From an uncultured Gammaproteobacteria bacterium (GTDB taxonomy: Bacteria; Patescibacteriota; Microgenomatia; Daviesbacterales; UBA10151), in the NCBI GenBank assembly GCA_964524895.1, contig CAZGFG010000005.1:5976-69975 (forward strand): 64,000 nt of DNA, given 5' to 3'. The position numbers were made by a program, and so were the translations under genes. This document shows, one piece after another, positions 36,705 to 49,498 of this stretch (positions are counted from its first letter, which is position 1; every line of letters begins with the position of its first letter). The notes below the pieces were generated by a model. That model saw only the letters and a program-made list of their open reading frames with translations, was not told where the DNA came from and made no database searches.

Positions 36705-39260
36705 TTAAAGCGCAACAGTTACCCCAATGGCTGTAGAAAAATTGCCACCATTGTTATCTTCCAGCGTTGCAGTGATAGTGTGTGAACCTTTATCTCCTAC
36801 TGGAAACTCTACATGTAGGGCAAACGGCTCGGAGGATAGAGTAGATTTCACCGCACCATCTATTGACCAGGTTACTTTTTTCACTCCTGCAGGGGAATTA
36901 ACCGCAGCCAGCACATCAAACACTCTCGGTACATTGGCTCCATTTCCAACATTTACTATTTGAATTGCTCCGCCTCCGGCACTAAATCCGGGAACTCCCG
37001 CACAACCTTTGGTAGCTCCTACAAAGCGAGCATCAGGCGCAGTCAGTACCCAAGAATCTATCCCCACCTGCCATTTATTTGCACCCGTAGGATCATCTTC
37101 TTTGAGGACAATGACATCTTTATCATCTCCCTCCTCATTATCATTTGCCAACCGGTGAGGGTTGTTGCGGCAAACTTTGGCACGTTGATAAAAGGCAGAT
37201 TCACCATTCGGTTCCGTACCTCCAATAAAATACTCCTTCCTGGTTGGAGAACCTGGATGAGATTTACCGGACATCAATCCGTCTACCTCCAGTTGAACCA
37301 CATTTCCGGGTTTTTCAAAGGGTTCGTTCGGCTTATCCTTGATTGCTTGCCGCATAATCTTATTCCAAATTGGAGAAGCACCGGTAACACCAGAGGCAAT
37401 GGTCGTACTCATTTCCGAGTTATCGTTATTACCAACCCAAACCCCGACTACAATCGAGGGCGTATAACCAATTGTCCAGTTGTCCTTTTTTTGATCGGTT
37501 GTACCGGTTTTGACTGCTACTGTCTTACCTGGGATATTTAGAACCGAATTTGAGCCAAAGGCGGCGGTTCTAGCACCATTATCAGCGAGAATATCGGAAA
37601 TAATAAAGGTCACACTTTCATCTAATACTTTCCTGCCTTCGGAAGGTTGATACTCAAATAAAGTTTTTCCCTTGGAATCGGTAACCTTAAGAATTGAAAC
37701 CGGGTCTATCTGTTTTCCTTTATTAGCAAAAACCTCAAAAGCCGAAGTTAGATCCATCAATCTTACCTCCCGACCTCCTAAGGTTAAGCTCAATCCAACC
37801 GAATTGATATTTTCCGTCGAAGGCTCCCAACTGGTTAACCCCATCCTGTAGCCTAAATCCATAACATCTCTCACCCCTACTAAAGCAAGTGTCTTGACTG
37901 CAGGGATATTGAAAGAGTTACCCAATGCATAACGAATCTGGACAGGACCGTGGAATTGCCCGTCATAGTTTACCGGAATATAGGCAGGTTGATCACCACC
38001 AGGAAATTCTGTCTTAACGTCCATCAAAGTGTAGTTGGCTGTGTAACCTTTTTCCAAAGCCCGGGCATAGGTAATAGGTTTGGTAGCAGAACCCGGTTGG
38101 CGGTGTGAAAGTACGGCGTTAACGTTTGACTCAAAGGTACAGGTCTCACCCTCGACACAACCTGCAGGTTCGGAATCGGCGAAATAATCCTTGCTACCAA
38201 CCAATGAAAGGATTTGGCCGGTTTTGGCATCCAGCACTACAGCTGCTCCGTTACCGGCCTTGGCGCTTTTGAGTTTGTCTACCTCACTCTTGACTATCTC
38301 CTCGGCTTTTTTCTGCAGCTGGTAATCCAAGGAGGTAGTAACTCTTAAGCCTCCTTGTTCAACCATCTTGTCCCCAAACTGCTCAATCAGTTTTTGTTTG
38401 ACATATAAGACAAAGTGGGGCGACTTAAATCCGATCTCTTTTTGAGAGGTACGGTATTTAAGTTCTTCATTTGCGGCAGAATCAGCTTGGGCTTGAGTAA
38501 TATAGTCATCTTCTACCATCCGGCGCAAAACTTCTTTTTGCCTAACCTTGGCCAGCTCCGGCCTAGTTCCGTAAGGCGAATAAACAGATGGGAGTTGGGG
38601 AAGGCCCGCCAAAAGTGAAGCTTCCGCCAAATCCAAATCCTTGGCTGACTTGCCAAAATAGAGGTTGGCAGCAGCTTCTATTCCGTAGGCGGTCCCCCCA
38701 TAAGGAATCTCATTTAAATACATCTCCAGAATCTGGTCCTTGGGATAAGTCCGCTCTACCTGAATAGCTAGTATAAATTCCTTCATCTTCCGCGGGAGGG
38801 TACGTTCACCGGAAAGTAGGGCATTTTTAACCAGTTGCTGGGTAAGAGTGGAGCCACCTCCCTCAACTTTTCTGTGGATGATTAAATCAAAAGCGGAACG
38901 GGCTATACCTACTATAGAAAAACCCGGGTGTTTATAAAAATCCTTGTCTTCTATAGCAATTGTTGACTGTTTAACAACCTCCGGAATTTCATCTAATTTA
39001 ATGGGGGTGCGGTTTTGATTTTGGTAAATATCATAAAGCAGCTCACCGTTCCTGTCGTAAATTTTGGTAGATTGGGCTACATCTCTGTTGGTCAAACTTT
39101 GCGGAGAGGGTATTTGGACTGCAAAAAAGACTATAGATGAAAACAGGATCAACAGGAAAACCAAAAACACAGTCATCATTCCTGTTGATAGATTGGATAA
39201 AAATTTAAAGCGCCAGAGGCGGGAATTTTCACGGCGCAATTTCCAGGATCTAAAAGCCAT
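36705..39260 (-). CDS. Class A penicillin-binding protein (transglycosylase + transpeptidase + Ig-like C-terminus)
   Basis: EDKDFYKH, GGSTLTQQLVKN, PGSATKP, SFN, KTGT; start moved to ATG 39260 (TATAAT 6 nt upstream). Confidence 0.95.
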   Translation of the reverse strand: MAFRSWKLRRENSRLWRFKFLSNLSTGMMTVFLVFLLILFSSIVFFAVQIPSPQSLTNRDVAQSTKIYDRNGELLYDIYQNQNRTPIKLDEIPEVVKQSTIAIEDKDFYKHPGFSIVGIARSAFDLIIHRKVEGGGSTLTQQLVKNALLSGERTLPRKMKEFILAIQVERTYPKDQILEMYLNEIPYGGTAYGIEAAANLYFGKSAKDLDLAEASLLAGLPQLPSVYSPYGTRPELAKVRQKEVLRRMVEDDYITQAQADSAANEELKYRTSQKEIGFKSPHFVLYVKQKLIEQFGDKMVEQGGLRVTTSLDYQLQKKAEEIVKSEVDKLKSAKAGNGAAVVLDAKTGQILSLVGSKDYFADSEPAGCVEGETCTFESNVNAVLSHRQPGSATKPITYARALEKGYTANYTLMDVKTEFPGGDQPAYIPVNYDGQFHGPVQIRYALGNSFNIPAVKTLALVGVRDVMDLGYRMGLTSWEPSTENINSVGLSLTLGGREVRLMDLTSAFEVFANKGKQIDPVSILKVTDSKGKTLFEYQPSEGRKVLDESVTFIISDILADNGARTAAFGSNSVLNIPGKTVAVKTGTTDQKKDNWTIGYTPSIVVGVWVGNNDNSEMSTTIASGVTGASPIWNKIMRQAIKDKPNEPFEKPGNVVQLEVDGLMSGKSHPGSPTRKEYFIGGTEPNGESAFYQRAKVCRNNPHRLANDNEEGDDKDVIVLKEDDPTGANKWQVGIDSWVLTAPDARFVGATKGCAGVPGFSAGGGAIQIVNVGNGANVPRVFDVLAAVNSPAGVKKVTWSIDGAVKSTLSSEPFALHVEFPVGDKGSHTITATLEDNNGGNFSTAIGVTVAL

Positions 39261-39464
39261 AAGGAAATTATATCTTAGATAGAGGGCAGGTACAACGCTA
39301 ACAAGTACCAGAGTCAATAATAGTCCGCTTAGTTAACGATAGTCGCACCTTGATACCATTTTTGGGCTTTGAAGAGTTAAATGTATATCGACAATTAACT
39401 AATTAATCTGTCTTCTGAGAATAAATCAGTGAATTTAGATGATATACTAACCTTAATTTGATAT

Positions 39465-39965
39465 ATGACTGATTTACCATCAAAATCATTTAATCCATTT
39501 ACTCTGATTTATTTAACTCAAAATAATAAGGTTTTACTTATGAAGCGTAACTCCTCAAAAAAACTTCTCGCCTCTAAATTAGTTGGGCTGGGTGGAAAAA
39601 TAGAGAAGGATGAAGATATACTTACTTCCGCAAAGAGAGAGTTTTTAGAAGAAACAGGATTGGAACTATTAAACCCAATCTTTAAAGGGACATATACCTG
39701 GATCGATAACAATTTTATTGGAATCTCTCATTTAATCGTATCTAAGGAATATAAAGGAAGGCTTTTAGAAGAAAGTTCCGAAGGGATACTTGCTTGGTAT
39801 AAAATTAATGAATTAGATGATCTACAGGATTTAGCTGCTTATCAAAAAAACTTTTTGCCGGAAATTCTTAAAACTGATAATTATGTTTATACAGGAATTG
39901 GAATTTTTGATAATGATACTTTAATTACTTATACCGATACAAAAGAATATTTTAGGAAAAAATAA
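39465..39965 (+). CDS. NUDIX hydrolase (MutT-like)
   Basis: GGKIEKDEDILTSAKREFLEETGL Nudix box. Confidence 0.92.
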   Translation: MTDLPSKSFNPFTLIYLTQNNKVLLMKRNSSKKLLASKLVGLGGKIEKDEDILTSAKREFLEETGLELLNPIFKGTYTWIDNNFIGISHLIVSKEYKGRLLEESSEGILAWYKINELDDLQDLAAYQKNFLPEILKTDNYVYTGIGIFDNDTLITYTDTKEYFRKK

Positions 39966-40105
39966 AATTATTGAGGTAGCCAAAGATTTCTGGGAAGAGT
40001 GAACGGTGTTGGAAAAGGAAGTGTTTCTGAATTTTTATTAGCCGATTCTGAATTAAATTTGACACGAGGTGTTCGCTATACCTCATGACCACCTGGGATG
40101 ATTGA

Positions 40106-40357
40106 GACAAATGGGAAAATGGAACACTAGAGGAAAAAAGGACAATTTTAAACGCAATTGGAGTTAAGATTGTCTTAAGGAACAAAACCCTGGATATTTA
40201 CCCACGCTCAATGATGAGTAAGCTACAAGAGCACAATGCTTTACCCTCTTCGGGTTCGATTATTGAGAGTTCTGTCCGCCTGGTAGACGCTGTTCGAACC
40301 CTGATCCCTGGTTTACCATTTGAAGAATTAGCAATATATAGACAACTTATTTATTGA
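40106..40357 (+). pseudogene. C-terminal remnant of a large serine recombinase-like gene
   Basis: Start-less frame KWENGTLEEKRTILNAIGVKIVLRNKTL...RLVDAVRT resembles C-termini of CPR serine recombinases. Confidence 0.5.
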
Positions 40358-40928
40358 TTAGGGGTTTCTTTATTCGATAAACAGTATGACCGTTTCTCTT
40401 TTTTACTTCCTTCATATTTAATTCGTTCTTACGGCCAACTTTTGGAATTAAGCGATTTAGAGCATTTATCACCACAATCCAAAGCTCTCCTCCCGGGTTA
40501 AGGTGTTTATATGAGGTTAAAATAAAATCCTGAGTGATCGCCTCGTCACCAATTTTGGCTGGGATGTTAGACATGATAAGATCAAAGGTTTTATCCATAA
40601 CTTGCTCCATCCCTACACTCCCACTAACAGTTGCATTTTTAACATTATTTTTCTCTATATTATTTTTGGTATAGCGGACAGCAAGTAAGTTGACATCTAG
40701 CATAGTAACTTGGGCTTGAGGATTTTTTCTGGCGAGGATTATTCCTATTGGACCATAACCACACCCCAAATCAAGAATAGTCTTAGGTCTATTTGGAATT
40801 AGAGCACGCAGCAATATATCGGTTCCATGATCCATCTCAAAGGTTGAGAACAATGTATTTGCCACATCAAATTTAAACTTTTCCCCTTGAAAAGGATAAA
40901 CAATTTCTTTTTTAAAATACATATCCAT
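40347..40928 (-). CDS. Class I SAM methyltransferase (RsmC/MTS-like)
   Basis: FS...DHGT, LDLGCGYGPIG, SNIP. Confidence 0.88.
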   Translation of the reverse strand: MDMYFKKEIVYPFQGEKFKFDVANTLFSTFEMDHGTDILLRALIPNRPKTILDLGCGYGPIGIILARKNPQAQVTMLDVNLLAVRYTKNNIEKNNVKNATVSGSVGMEQVMDKTFDLIMSNIPAKIGDEAITQDFILTSYKHLNPGGELWIVVINALNRLIPKVGRKNELNMKEVKKRNGHTVYRIKKPLINK

Positions 40929-40977
40929 GCGGAAATTATAACAGGAATAAAGTTAATTCATCAACTATAGGGTGAAG

Positions 40978-41060
40978 TCCAGAGGGAAGGATTCGAACCT
41001 TCGAAGGCATAAGCCAGCTGATTTACAGTCAGCCCCCGTTGGCCACTTGGGTACCTCTGG
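40978..41060 (-). tRNA. tRNA-Tyr(GTA) with C1:G72
   Basis: Acceptor CCAGAGG/CCTCTGG with A73; GCTGA-CTGTAAA-TCAGC; long variable arm. Confidence 0.93.
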
Positions 41061-41185
41061 TTGATATGATGAATTATATCAAATATCTTTGATATCAAGG
41101 TAAGGAGTTATTGCAATTGACTACTCTGCCACCTCCGGTCGTATATTATCTTGGGTATTATACCTTAAATTAAGGTTGGATTAAA

Positions 41186-41335
41186 CTAACGAAGGTGAGA
41201 TAAGGCTGCCATTAAAAATACCAGGACAAAAGATGCTCCAAAAGCTACCAATCCGCTTTTTCGAAACTCTATTTTCCCAACTAATTGGTTTAAAGACAAG
41301 GTAATTATTTTGGGGGAGAAGTCCTTTTTAGACAT
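41186..41335 (-). CDS. Putative 49-aa membrane peptide
   Basis: MSKKDFSPKII...GLVAFGASFVLVFLMAALSHLR, manual translation downstream of atpC. Confidence 0.4.
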   Translation of the reverse strand: MSKKDFSPKIITLSLNQLVGKIEFRKSGLVAFGASFVLVFLMAALSHLR

Positions 41336-41382
41336 TTATTTATTATTCCCACAATATGTTGGAGAAGTCAAGTAGAAGTACA

Positions 41383-41793
41383 TCAGCGGACCCGGTGGCG
41401 CCGTTTAATCCTAAGTTGTGCCAGAGATTTTTCCAAAACAGCTAAAGTTTCCGCATACTCTTCATCGGATAATTTTTGTTCCAAAGCAGCCTCCGCTCTC
41501 TTTTTTGCTTCCTCAACAACCCTCTCATCTATGTCTGCAGCATAGGTTGCCAAATCTGTCATGACAGTTAAGACATTATCCGTCATTTGCAAAAATCCCT
41601 CCCCCACAGCCATAGATTCTACTTTATCACCTTTTTTTATCTTCAATTCACCCGGGACAAGCTTAGCCATCAAGTTGGCATGGTGGGGAAGTATCCCAAG
41701 CTCACCATCTGCAGAAGGAACTGTTACCATATTAACCTCACCACTGAAAACTTCTTTCTCCGGAGTTACAATCTTTAAATTCATCTGACTCAT
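41383..41793 (-). CDS. atpC: ATP synthase epsilon subunit
   Basis: LKIVTPE, GELGILPHH. Confidence 0.95.
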   Translation of the reverse strand: MSQMNLKIVTPEKEVFSGEVNMVTVPSADGELGILPHHANLMAKLVPGELKIKKGDKVESMAVGEGFLQMTDNVLTVMTDLATYAADIDERVVEEAKKRAEAALEQKLSDEEYAETLAVLEKSLAQLRIKRRHRVR

Positions 41794-41853
41794 GAAAAGT
41801 ATTATACCTTATTGGGCTTGATCAGATAAAGGAATTGTTATAATATCTGCGTC

Positions 41854-42219
41854 ATGGCACACACATGTAAGGGATTTATAGCCACCTGTATAGACTATAG
41901 ACTTCAACAATACCTGGAAGACTGGGCACGCAAACAGTTTGGTGAGAAAAATTATGACAGGGTAACTTGGGCCGGAGGAGTTCAAGATCTGGATGGAATT
42001 TTGAAACAGCTTTCAATTTCAGTCAAACTCCACCATATTAATAGAGCTGTGTTTGTAAACCATGAAGACTGCGGAGCCTATCGGGAAGCGGGGACAGAAG
42101 AAAAACATGCACAGGATTTGAAAAATGCAGCTGCAGAAGTTAAAAAACAGTTTCCAAATCTGTCTGTAGAAACCTATTATCTTAAGCTTGACGGCACCTT
42201 CCAACCTATTTCTTCCTAG
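41854..42219 (+). CDS. Beta-carbonic anhydrase-like protein
   Basis: CIDYR and HEDCGAY zinc ligands. Confidence 0.8.
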   Translation: MAHTCKGFIATCIDYRLQQYLEDWARKQFGEKNYDRVTWAGGVQDLDGILKQLSISVKLHHINRAVFVNHEDCGAYREAGTEEKHAQDLKNAAAEVKKQFPNLSVETYYLKLDGTFQPISS

Positions 42220-42302
42220 ATCCTTACCTGTTTCTGCCTATTTATTTTGATTTTATCTTAAATTCCTGCTAAAATATGCATTCAAAATCGCATTAAAAAA
42301 TT

Positions 42303-42566
42303 ATGACAGTTTTAGAACTAGAAAGACCAGTAGTTATAGAGGGACAGAGGCCTGACAGGGTGGGGCTGCCACACGCTGCAAATCCTTTCCCTGGTGCTCC
42401 CAGGACCAAGTTTGTTGATATAATACACCCTCAAACCAGAAGAGAGTTGTGTATATCTCAACACCATCAACCCCTTGTACCTAGTGATCCGGATTATCTG
42501 CAAAGCTGCATGGATAGCCCTTGCTTGGAAACAGCCAAACCCTATAACCCAAATAGCTCCTCTTGA
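42303..42566 (+). CDS. Hypothetical protein
   Basis: 87-aa ORF with upstream TGcTAAAAT. Confidence 0.45.
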   Translation: MTVLELERPVVIEGQRPDRVGLPHAANPFPGAPRTKFVDIIHPQTRRELCISQHHQPLVPSDPDYLQSCMDSPCLETAKPYNPNSSS

Positions 42567-42649
42567 TACAACCAGTTCATAGATTGTATCTTGAAATTCT
42601 CCTTTTAAAGGTGCAGATTAGACATTGGAATGAATGAAATAAAAAAATT

Positions 42650-42832
42650 GAAGGGGATATTTTGGAAATTGCCACAAAACACAGATTGAAGAGGAAAAAG
42701 GAGGCTCCACAAAAATTGGGAGAGATTTTAGATGAAGGAGAATCTTGGTATAAGCTTAAACCTACCAAAATAGAATTAATCTATGAACCAAAATGGGGAT
42801 TTACCAAACAAATCCTTAACCTGAAACCTTGA
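42650..42832 (+). pseudogene. Start-less gene fragment (possibly a pyridoxamine-oxidase-like C-terminus)
   Basis: EGDILEIATKH...WYKLKPTKIELIYEPKWGFTKQIL. Confidence 0.3.
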
Positions 42833-42894
42833 CATCAAAACTACGCTACCCTATAGTTTGATTTCCAGTTATAATATTGCTACAATCATAAGTT

Positions 42895-43395
42895 ATGGGC
42901 CTAGAGATTAGAACTACACCAGATCCAATATTATTCATCCGACAAGATCCAGTCACCGCAGAACAATTGGCTTCTGATAAGGTGCAGAAATTAATAGGAG
43001 ATATGGTAGACTTTGTTATAGATTATTCTGGAATAGTAGGACTCGCGGCAAATCAAGTAGGCTACAATTTAAGAATTATAGTTGCCTATTCAGGTGAGTT
43101 TGATTTTACAGCTTTTATAAATCCGGAAATTATTGAAAGATCGAGTTTGCTTAGAGCAGATTTTGAAGGGTGCTTAAGTCTACCTGGCCAACGGCTCTTG
43201 ATCCCCAGACCTGAAGCTATAGTTCTTAGAGCACTAGACAGAGACGGAAGATTGGTTGAAGGTAGATACCGGGATTTCCCTGCAAGAGTCATCCAACATG
43301 AGACAGATCACATAAATGGAATTTTGATCAGTCAACGTGTAGTGAATCCAAGATTACAATTTGCAGAGGATTTAACCCTAAGCTTGCCTTCTTAA
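42895..43395 (+). CDS. def: Peptide deformylase
   Basis: GLAANQVG, EGCLS, QHETDH. Confidence 0.95.
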   Translation: MGLEIRTTPDPILFIRQDPVTAEQLASDKVQKLIGDMVDFVIDYSGIVGLAANQVGYNLRIIVAYSGEFDFTAFINPEIIERSSLLRADFEGCLSLPGQRLLIPRPEAIVLRALDRDGRLVEGRYRDFPARVIQHETDHINGILISQRVVNPRLQFAEDLTLSLPS

Positions 43396-43544
43396 AATCC
43401 TCTTGCTTCCCATCTTACAAAAGTGCAAATTCCGAATGCTGCACTGCGCAAAGGTATAGATTCCTTTTCCTCTGGTTACAACAACTCGCTATAGCGTTAC
43501 GTTGTCCCCGGAAAGTGCTATTATAAAATTGATACCTAATAAAT

Positions 43545-44102
43545 ATGAATGTCCGCACCCGGGATGTTCTGAAAGTAATCGGAGCCGCTACTTTGGTGGT
43601 TAGTGCCGTAACAATACCAAATTTACCCATAGCCTTAATGGCCACCTACAAAGCTTGGCAACAGTTCAATAAAAAAGACCTGGGTAGAATTATTAAAAGG
43701 CTGGAAAAACAGGAGATGATCTCTATTAAAGAGAATGGAAATAAATTATCAATTGAAGTCACTGAAAAGGGTAAAAGAAGACTTTTGGAATATGATATTG
43801 AAAATATTGAGATAAAATCTTTAAAAAGGGATGGAAAATGGAGATTAATTATTTTTGATATACCTGAAGAGAAAAGAAATAATAGGGATACCTTTAGAAG
43901 GAAACTATTACAGCTAGGTTGTATCAGGTTGCAGGATAGCATCTTTGTTTGTGCTTATCCTTGTAAAAATGAAGTTGATTTTTTGTGTAATTACTTTGAA
44001 ATATCTGATTATGTAACTTTAGTAGTAGTTGATAAAATTGAAAGGGGAGAACAATTAATTTTTAAGGAATTTATTGACTACCCGGAAGATGGGTACAGTT
44101 GA
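43545..44102 (+). CDS. PaaX-like protein (wHTH + Cas2-like ferredoxin domain)
   Basis: VTEKG, DGKWRLIIFDIPE...RDTFRRKL...LQDSIFV. Confidence 0.8.
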   Translation: MNVRTRDVLKVIGAATLVVSAVTIPNLPIALMATYKAWQQFNKKDLGRIIKRLEKQEMISIKENGNKLSIEVTEKGKRRLLEYDIENIEIKSLKRDGKWRLIIFDIPEEKRNNRDTFRRKLLQLGCIRLQDSIFVCAYPCKNEVDFLCNYFEISDYVTLVVVDKIERGEQLIFKEFIDYPEDGYS

Positions 44103-44230
44103 TCGCTATAGCGATTTAATGTACAAATAAGTTCTAACCTTGCTTCTCCTTTTCCAAAAGTGCAGACTCGAAAGTTAACAGCTATCTAAAGCTTCCCAAC
44201 TAAAACAAATAAATCCAAGCCGTTTAAAAA

Positions 44231-45199
44231 CTATATTACAGCAGGTGCATAAGCCACAATAACATCAATTATCCCTTCTTGATCCTTAATCGCTTTTATA
44301 AAATCGGTTGGAACATGGTCTCTGCTATAAACGAACACGAGAATCCCGTCAAATTTATCCTTGTTATTTTTAAGATAAGAGGGTATATCTGCTAATATCT
44401 CTTCCTGAATTCTTGGTAGCTCTTTCTTTGAAGGCACAAATTTATTTTCTATAAAAATTTTTATGCTGGGTATCGCAAAATCTGGTTTAGGGTTTTTTAC
44501 TCCAAAACGACTTAAATATTCTTCGTCCACAAGATCTGGGTACATTGGCTTTAATATTTTGTAAACATCAGCCCTTACTCCATCCTCATCTTTAATTGGA
44601 TCCTTATCATATTTTTTATAATCATTAAATCGCCTTAATGTATCTTTTATATCTATTTGGTTTGTCGGCAAGGTATTCAGAGGTTGCTTCTTTAAACTGG
44701 TTGCAACAATTGTCTCTAATTCCTTTGTTGTTTTTTCTTGAATACGGTCCAGCAATTCCGAAAGATTTTTTTTACTGATGGTATGAGTTTCATAGACTGC
44801 CACTCCACCAGGACTGGCAATTTGGTTACCTATAAAAACGGCAGATCCTTCTGCCAAACACGATTCTATTTTTGGAACGCCCATATACAGGTTATAAGCT
44901 TCGAAAGTACTAGAGGTTAACTTACCTTTGTTAGCTGTGTAGTAATCTGTTGGTAAACTACGGCTGTATGTATAAGATAAAACTGCTTCAACAATACGAT
45001 ATGGGGGTAACTGATCATTGGAACTGTATCCACTGATTTCTTTATCGATCCACTCGACCACCTCTTCTATTTCAACCATTTTTGCAACTAATCTTGCCCT
45101 CCTTAAAATTGTTAGGGTAGAAGATTGCCGTGTGTAAATCTCCTGCAATAGCTCAACAGCACGAGTATATACTTCCACATCAACTTGAGAATCTGGCAT
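44231..45199 (-). CDS. AbiTii-like N-terminal domain + PD-(D/E)xK nuclease (DpnII/MboI-like); putative defence protein
   Basis: LRRARLVA...EWIDKEISGY...LPPYR; DE..V...L...YPD..DEE, PDF, IENK. Confidence 0.65.
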   Translation of the reverse strand: MPDSQVDVEVYTRAVELLQEIYTRQSSTLTILRRARLVAKMVEIEEVVEWIDKEISGYSSNDQLPPYRIVEAVLSYTYSRSLPTDYYTANKGKLTSSTFEAYNLYMGVPKIESCLAEGSAVFIGNQIASPGGVAVYETHTISKKNLSELLDRIQEKTTKELETIVATSLKKQPLNTLPTNQIDIKDTLRRFNDYKKYDKDPIKDEDGVRADVYKILKPMYPDLVDEEYLSRFGVKNPKPDFAIPSIKIFIENKFVPSKKELPRIQEEILADIPSYLKNNKDKFDGILVFVYSRDHVPTDFIKAIKDQEGIIDVIVAYAPAVI

Positions 45200-45260
45200 A
45201 CTCGGAATATACCGCTTTATGCGTTTTTTGGCAATTGGCACGAATATCAAATAGAGAATA

Positions 45261-47553
<2,293 letters not shown>

Positions 47554-47556
47554 AAC

Positions 47557-49107
47557 TTATTTCGCGGACTTTTTGTATAACTTCAAAATCTCTTCCGTTG
47601 CCTTTTGAAGTTCCTTGATCATTTTTTCATCCAGCTCTTTCTTCTCTCTAATTTCTTGGAGCAGCTTTTTATTTCTAAGCCTTAGGCTGGCTATATACTT
47701 TTGTTCAAAATCCCGCAACCTAGCAACCTCCAGCTCGTCCAAATAACCATTAGTTGCAGCCCAAAGAATGACCACCTGCTCCTCCATAGGGACAGGAGAA
47801 TAGGGTAGTTGTTTCAATACTTCCGTAATTCTTTTGCCCCTCTCTATTTGAGAGCGGGTTTGAGGGTCTAAATCGGAAGAGAATTGAGCAAAGGCTGCCA
47901 ATTCCCTAAATTGGGCCAAATCCAATTTAAGCCTTCCGGCCACAGATTTCATAGCTTTGGTTTGAGCAGTCCCACCAACCCTGGAAACAGACAAACCAAC
48001 GTTAACAGCCGGTCTAACACCCGCATAAAATAAATCCGATTCCAAATAAATTTGCCCATCAGTAATGGAAATAACATTAGTCGGAATATAGGCAGATACG
48101 TCTCCGGCTTGGGTTTCAATTACAGGTAAAGCAGTTAAAGACCCGCCTCCAAAATCTTTATTCAACCTGGCTGCCCGTTCGAGCAATCTGGAATGTAAAT
48201 AAAAGACATCCCCGGGATAGGCCTCTCGCCCGGAAGGCCTACGAAGTAAAAGGCTCATCTGGCGGTAAGCGTTGGCGTGCTTGGACAAATCATCATAGAC
48301 AATTAAGGCATCTTTACCCTGATCCATAAAATATTCCCCCAAAGCACAACCGCAATAGGGAGCCAGATATTGCATTGGTGCAGGATCAGAAGCAGAAGCT
48401 ATAACCACGATTGTGTGATCCATTGCTCCCAAATCTTCTAATTTGGCCACAATTTGAGCAACTTTAGAAACTTTTTGGCCGATGGCCACATAAATACAGG
48501 TTACACCCGCTCCGCCCGCACCCGCTCCGCCGCCAGACGAGGAGCGAGGCGAGTCTTTCTGGCTGATGATAGTGTCTACGGCAATAGTGGTTTTACCGGT
48601 GTTTCTATCCCCAATAATAAGCTCTCTTTGGCCCCGTCCTATCGGGATTAAGGCATCAATTGCCTTGATACCAGTTTGAAGGGGAGTGTTGACCGACTGC
48701 CTGGTAATAACACCGGGAGCAACCTTTTCAACCGGGTATCTTTTGTCGGCCTTAATCGGTCCTTTTCCATCTAACGGTAACCCCAGCGCATCAACTACAC
48801 GACCGACAAACGCATCGCCAACCGGAACCTGCAATACTTGGCCTGTGGTTTTAACTGTTGAGCCTTCCTTAACCTTGGTAAAATCTCCCAAAATAACCGC
48901 GCCAACACTATATTGCTCCAAGTTTAAAGCCAATCCGTAAACTTTATCCCCAAAATCAATAAGCTCTGATGACTGGACATCAGAGAGGCCTTCTATCCGG
49001 GCAATCCCGTCTCCAACCTCTACCACTCTCCCAATGTTTTCTTTACCAGCCTTAAGCTGTAAATTTTTAATCTGTTTTTCAATCTGGTCAACTACATCAC
49101 TAGCCAT
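47557..49107 (-). CDS. atpA: ATP synthase alpha subunit
   Basis: [35 protein letters not shown]. Confidence 0.98.
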   Translation of the reverse strand: MASDVVDQIEKQIKNLQLKAGKENIGRVVEVGDGIARIEGLSDVQSSELIDFGDKVYGLALNLEQYSVGAVILGDFTKVKEGSTVKTTGQVLQVPVGDAFVGRVVDALGLPLDGKGPIKADKRYPVEKVAPGVITRQSVNTPLQTGIKAIDALIPIGRGQRELIIGDRNTGKTTIAVDTIISQKDSPRSSSGGGAGAGGAGVTCIYVAIGQKVSKVAQIVAKLEDLGAMDHTIVVIASASDPAPMQYLAPYCGCALGEYFMDQGKDALIVYDDLSKHANAYRQMSLLLRRPSGREAYPGDVFYLHSRLLERAARLNKDFGGGSLTALPVIETQAGDVSAYIPTNVISITDGQIYLESDLFYAGVRPAVNVGLSVSRVGGTAQTKAMKSVAGRLKLDLAQFRELAAFAQFSSDLDPQTRSQIERGKRITEVLKQLPYSPVPMEEQVVILWAATNGYLDELEVARLRDFEQKYIASLRLRNKKLLQEIREKKELDEKMIKELQKATEEILKLYKKSAK

Positions 49108-49498
49108 TGGCAATTGTTCCTTTCAGTTGGTTAATTCTATTCTTAATGGAGAAATCTATCACATCATCACCGATTTTAACCCTAAAACCCCCGTAAAGAG
49201 AAGGGTTTAAAATAAAATAAGAATTTAGAATACGGGTTGCAGGTTGCCATTTTTTTAGGACTAGGCTGCGCTCGCTTTGAGAAAGGGGAGTAGCGGATTC
49301 CACAACCGCAGTTTGTTTGGAAAGTTCCCTCTTAAGTCCTTTTACATAGCCTGTAAGAGTATATATAGCTTTTCTGGTGGGCAACTTCTTAAATTCCAGC
49401 ACCAACTTATTTACAACCTTTACCTGTAATTTCCCGGTCTGAAAGCTTGAGTGCACTGCCTTTTTGACTAAACTGTCTAAATATCTGTTTCTTTTCAT
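49100..49498 (-). CDS. atpH: ATP synthase delta subunit (short)
   Basis: [26 protein letters not shown]; operon position. Confidence 0.85.
   Translation of the reverse strand: MKRNRYLDSLVKKAVHSSFQTGKLQVKVVNKLVLEFKKLPTRKAIYTLTGYVKGLKRELSKQTAVVESATPLSQSERSLVLKKWQPATRILNSYFILNPSLYGGFRVKIGDDVIDFSIKNRINQLKGTIANG

Noticed and set aside
36960-37541. Long antisense ORFs (also 63196-63738, 17000-17443, 60425-60847)
   Set aside because: Opposite well-supported conserved genes, with no motifs of their own
43545-44102. Cas2-like domain as evidence of CRISPR-Cas
   Set aside because: No repeat-spacer array or other cas genes in the window; the motifs fit PaaX-like proteins
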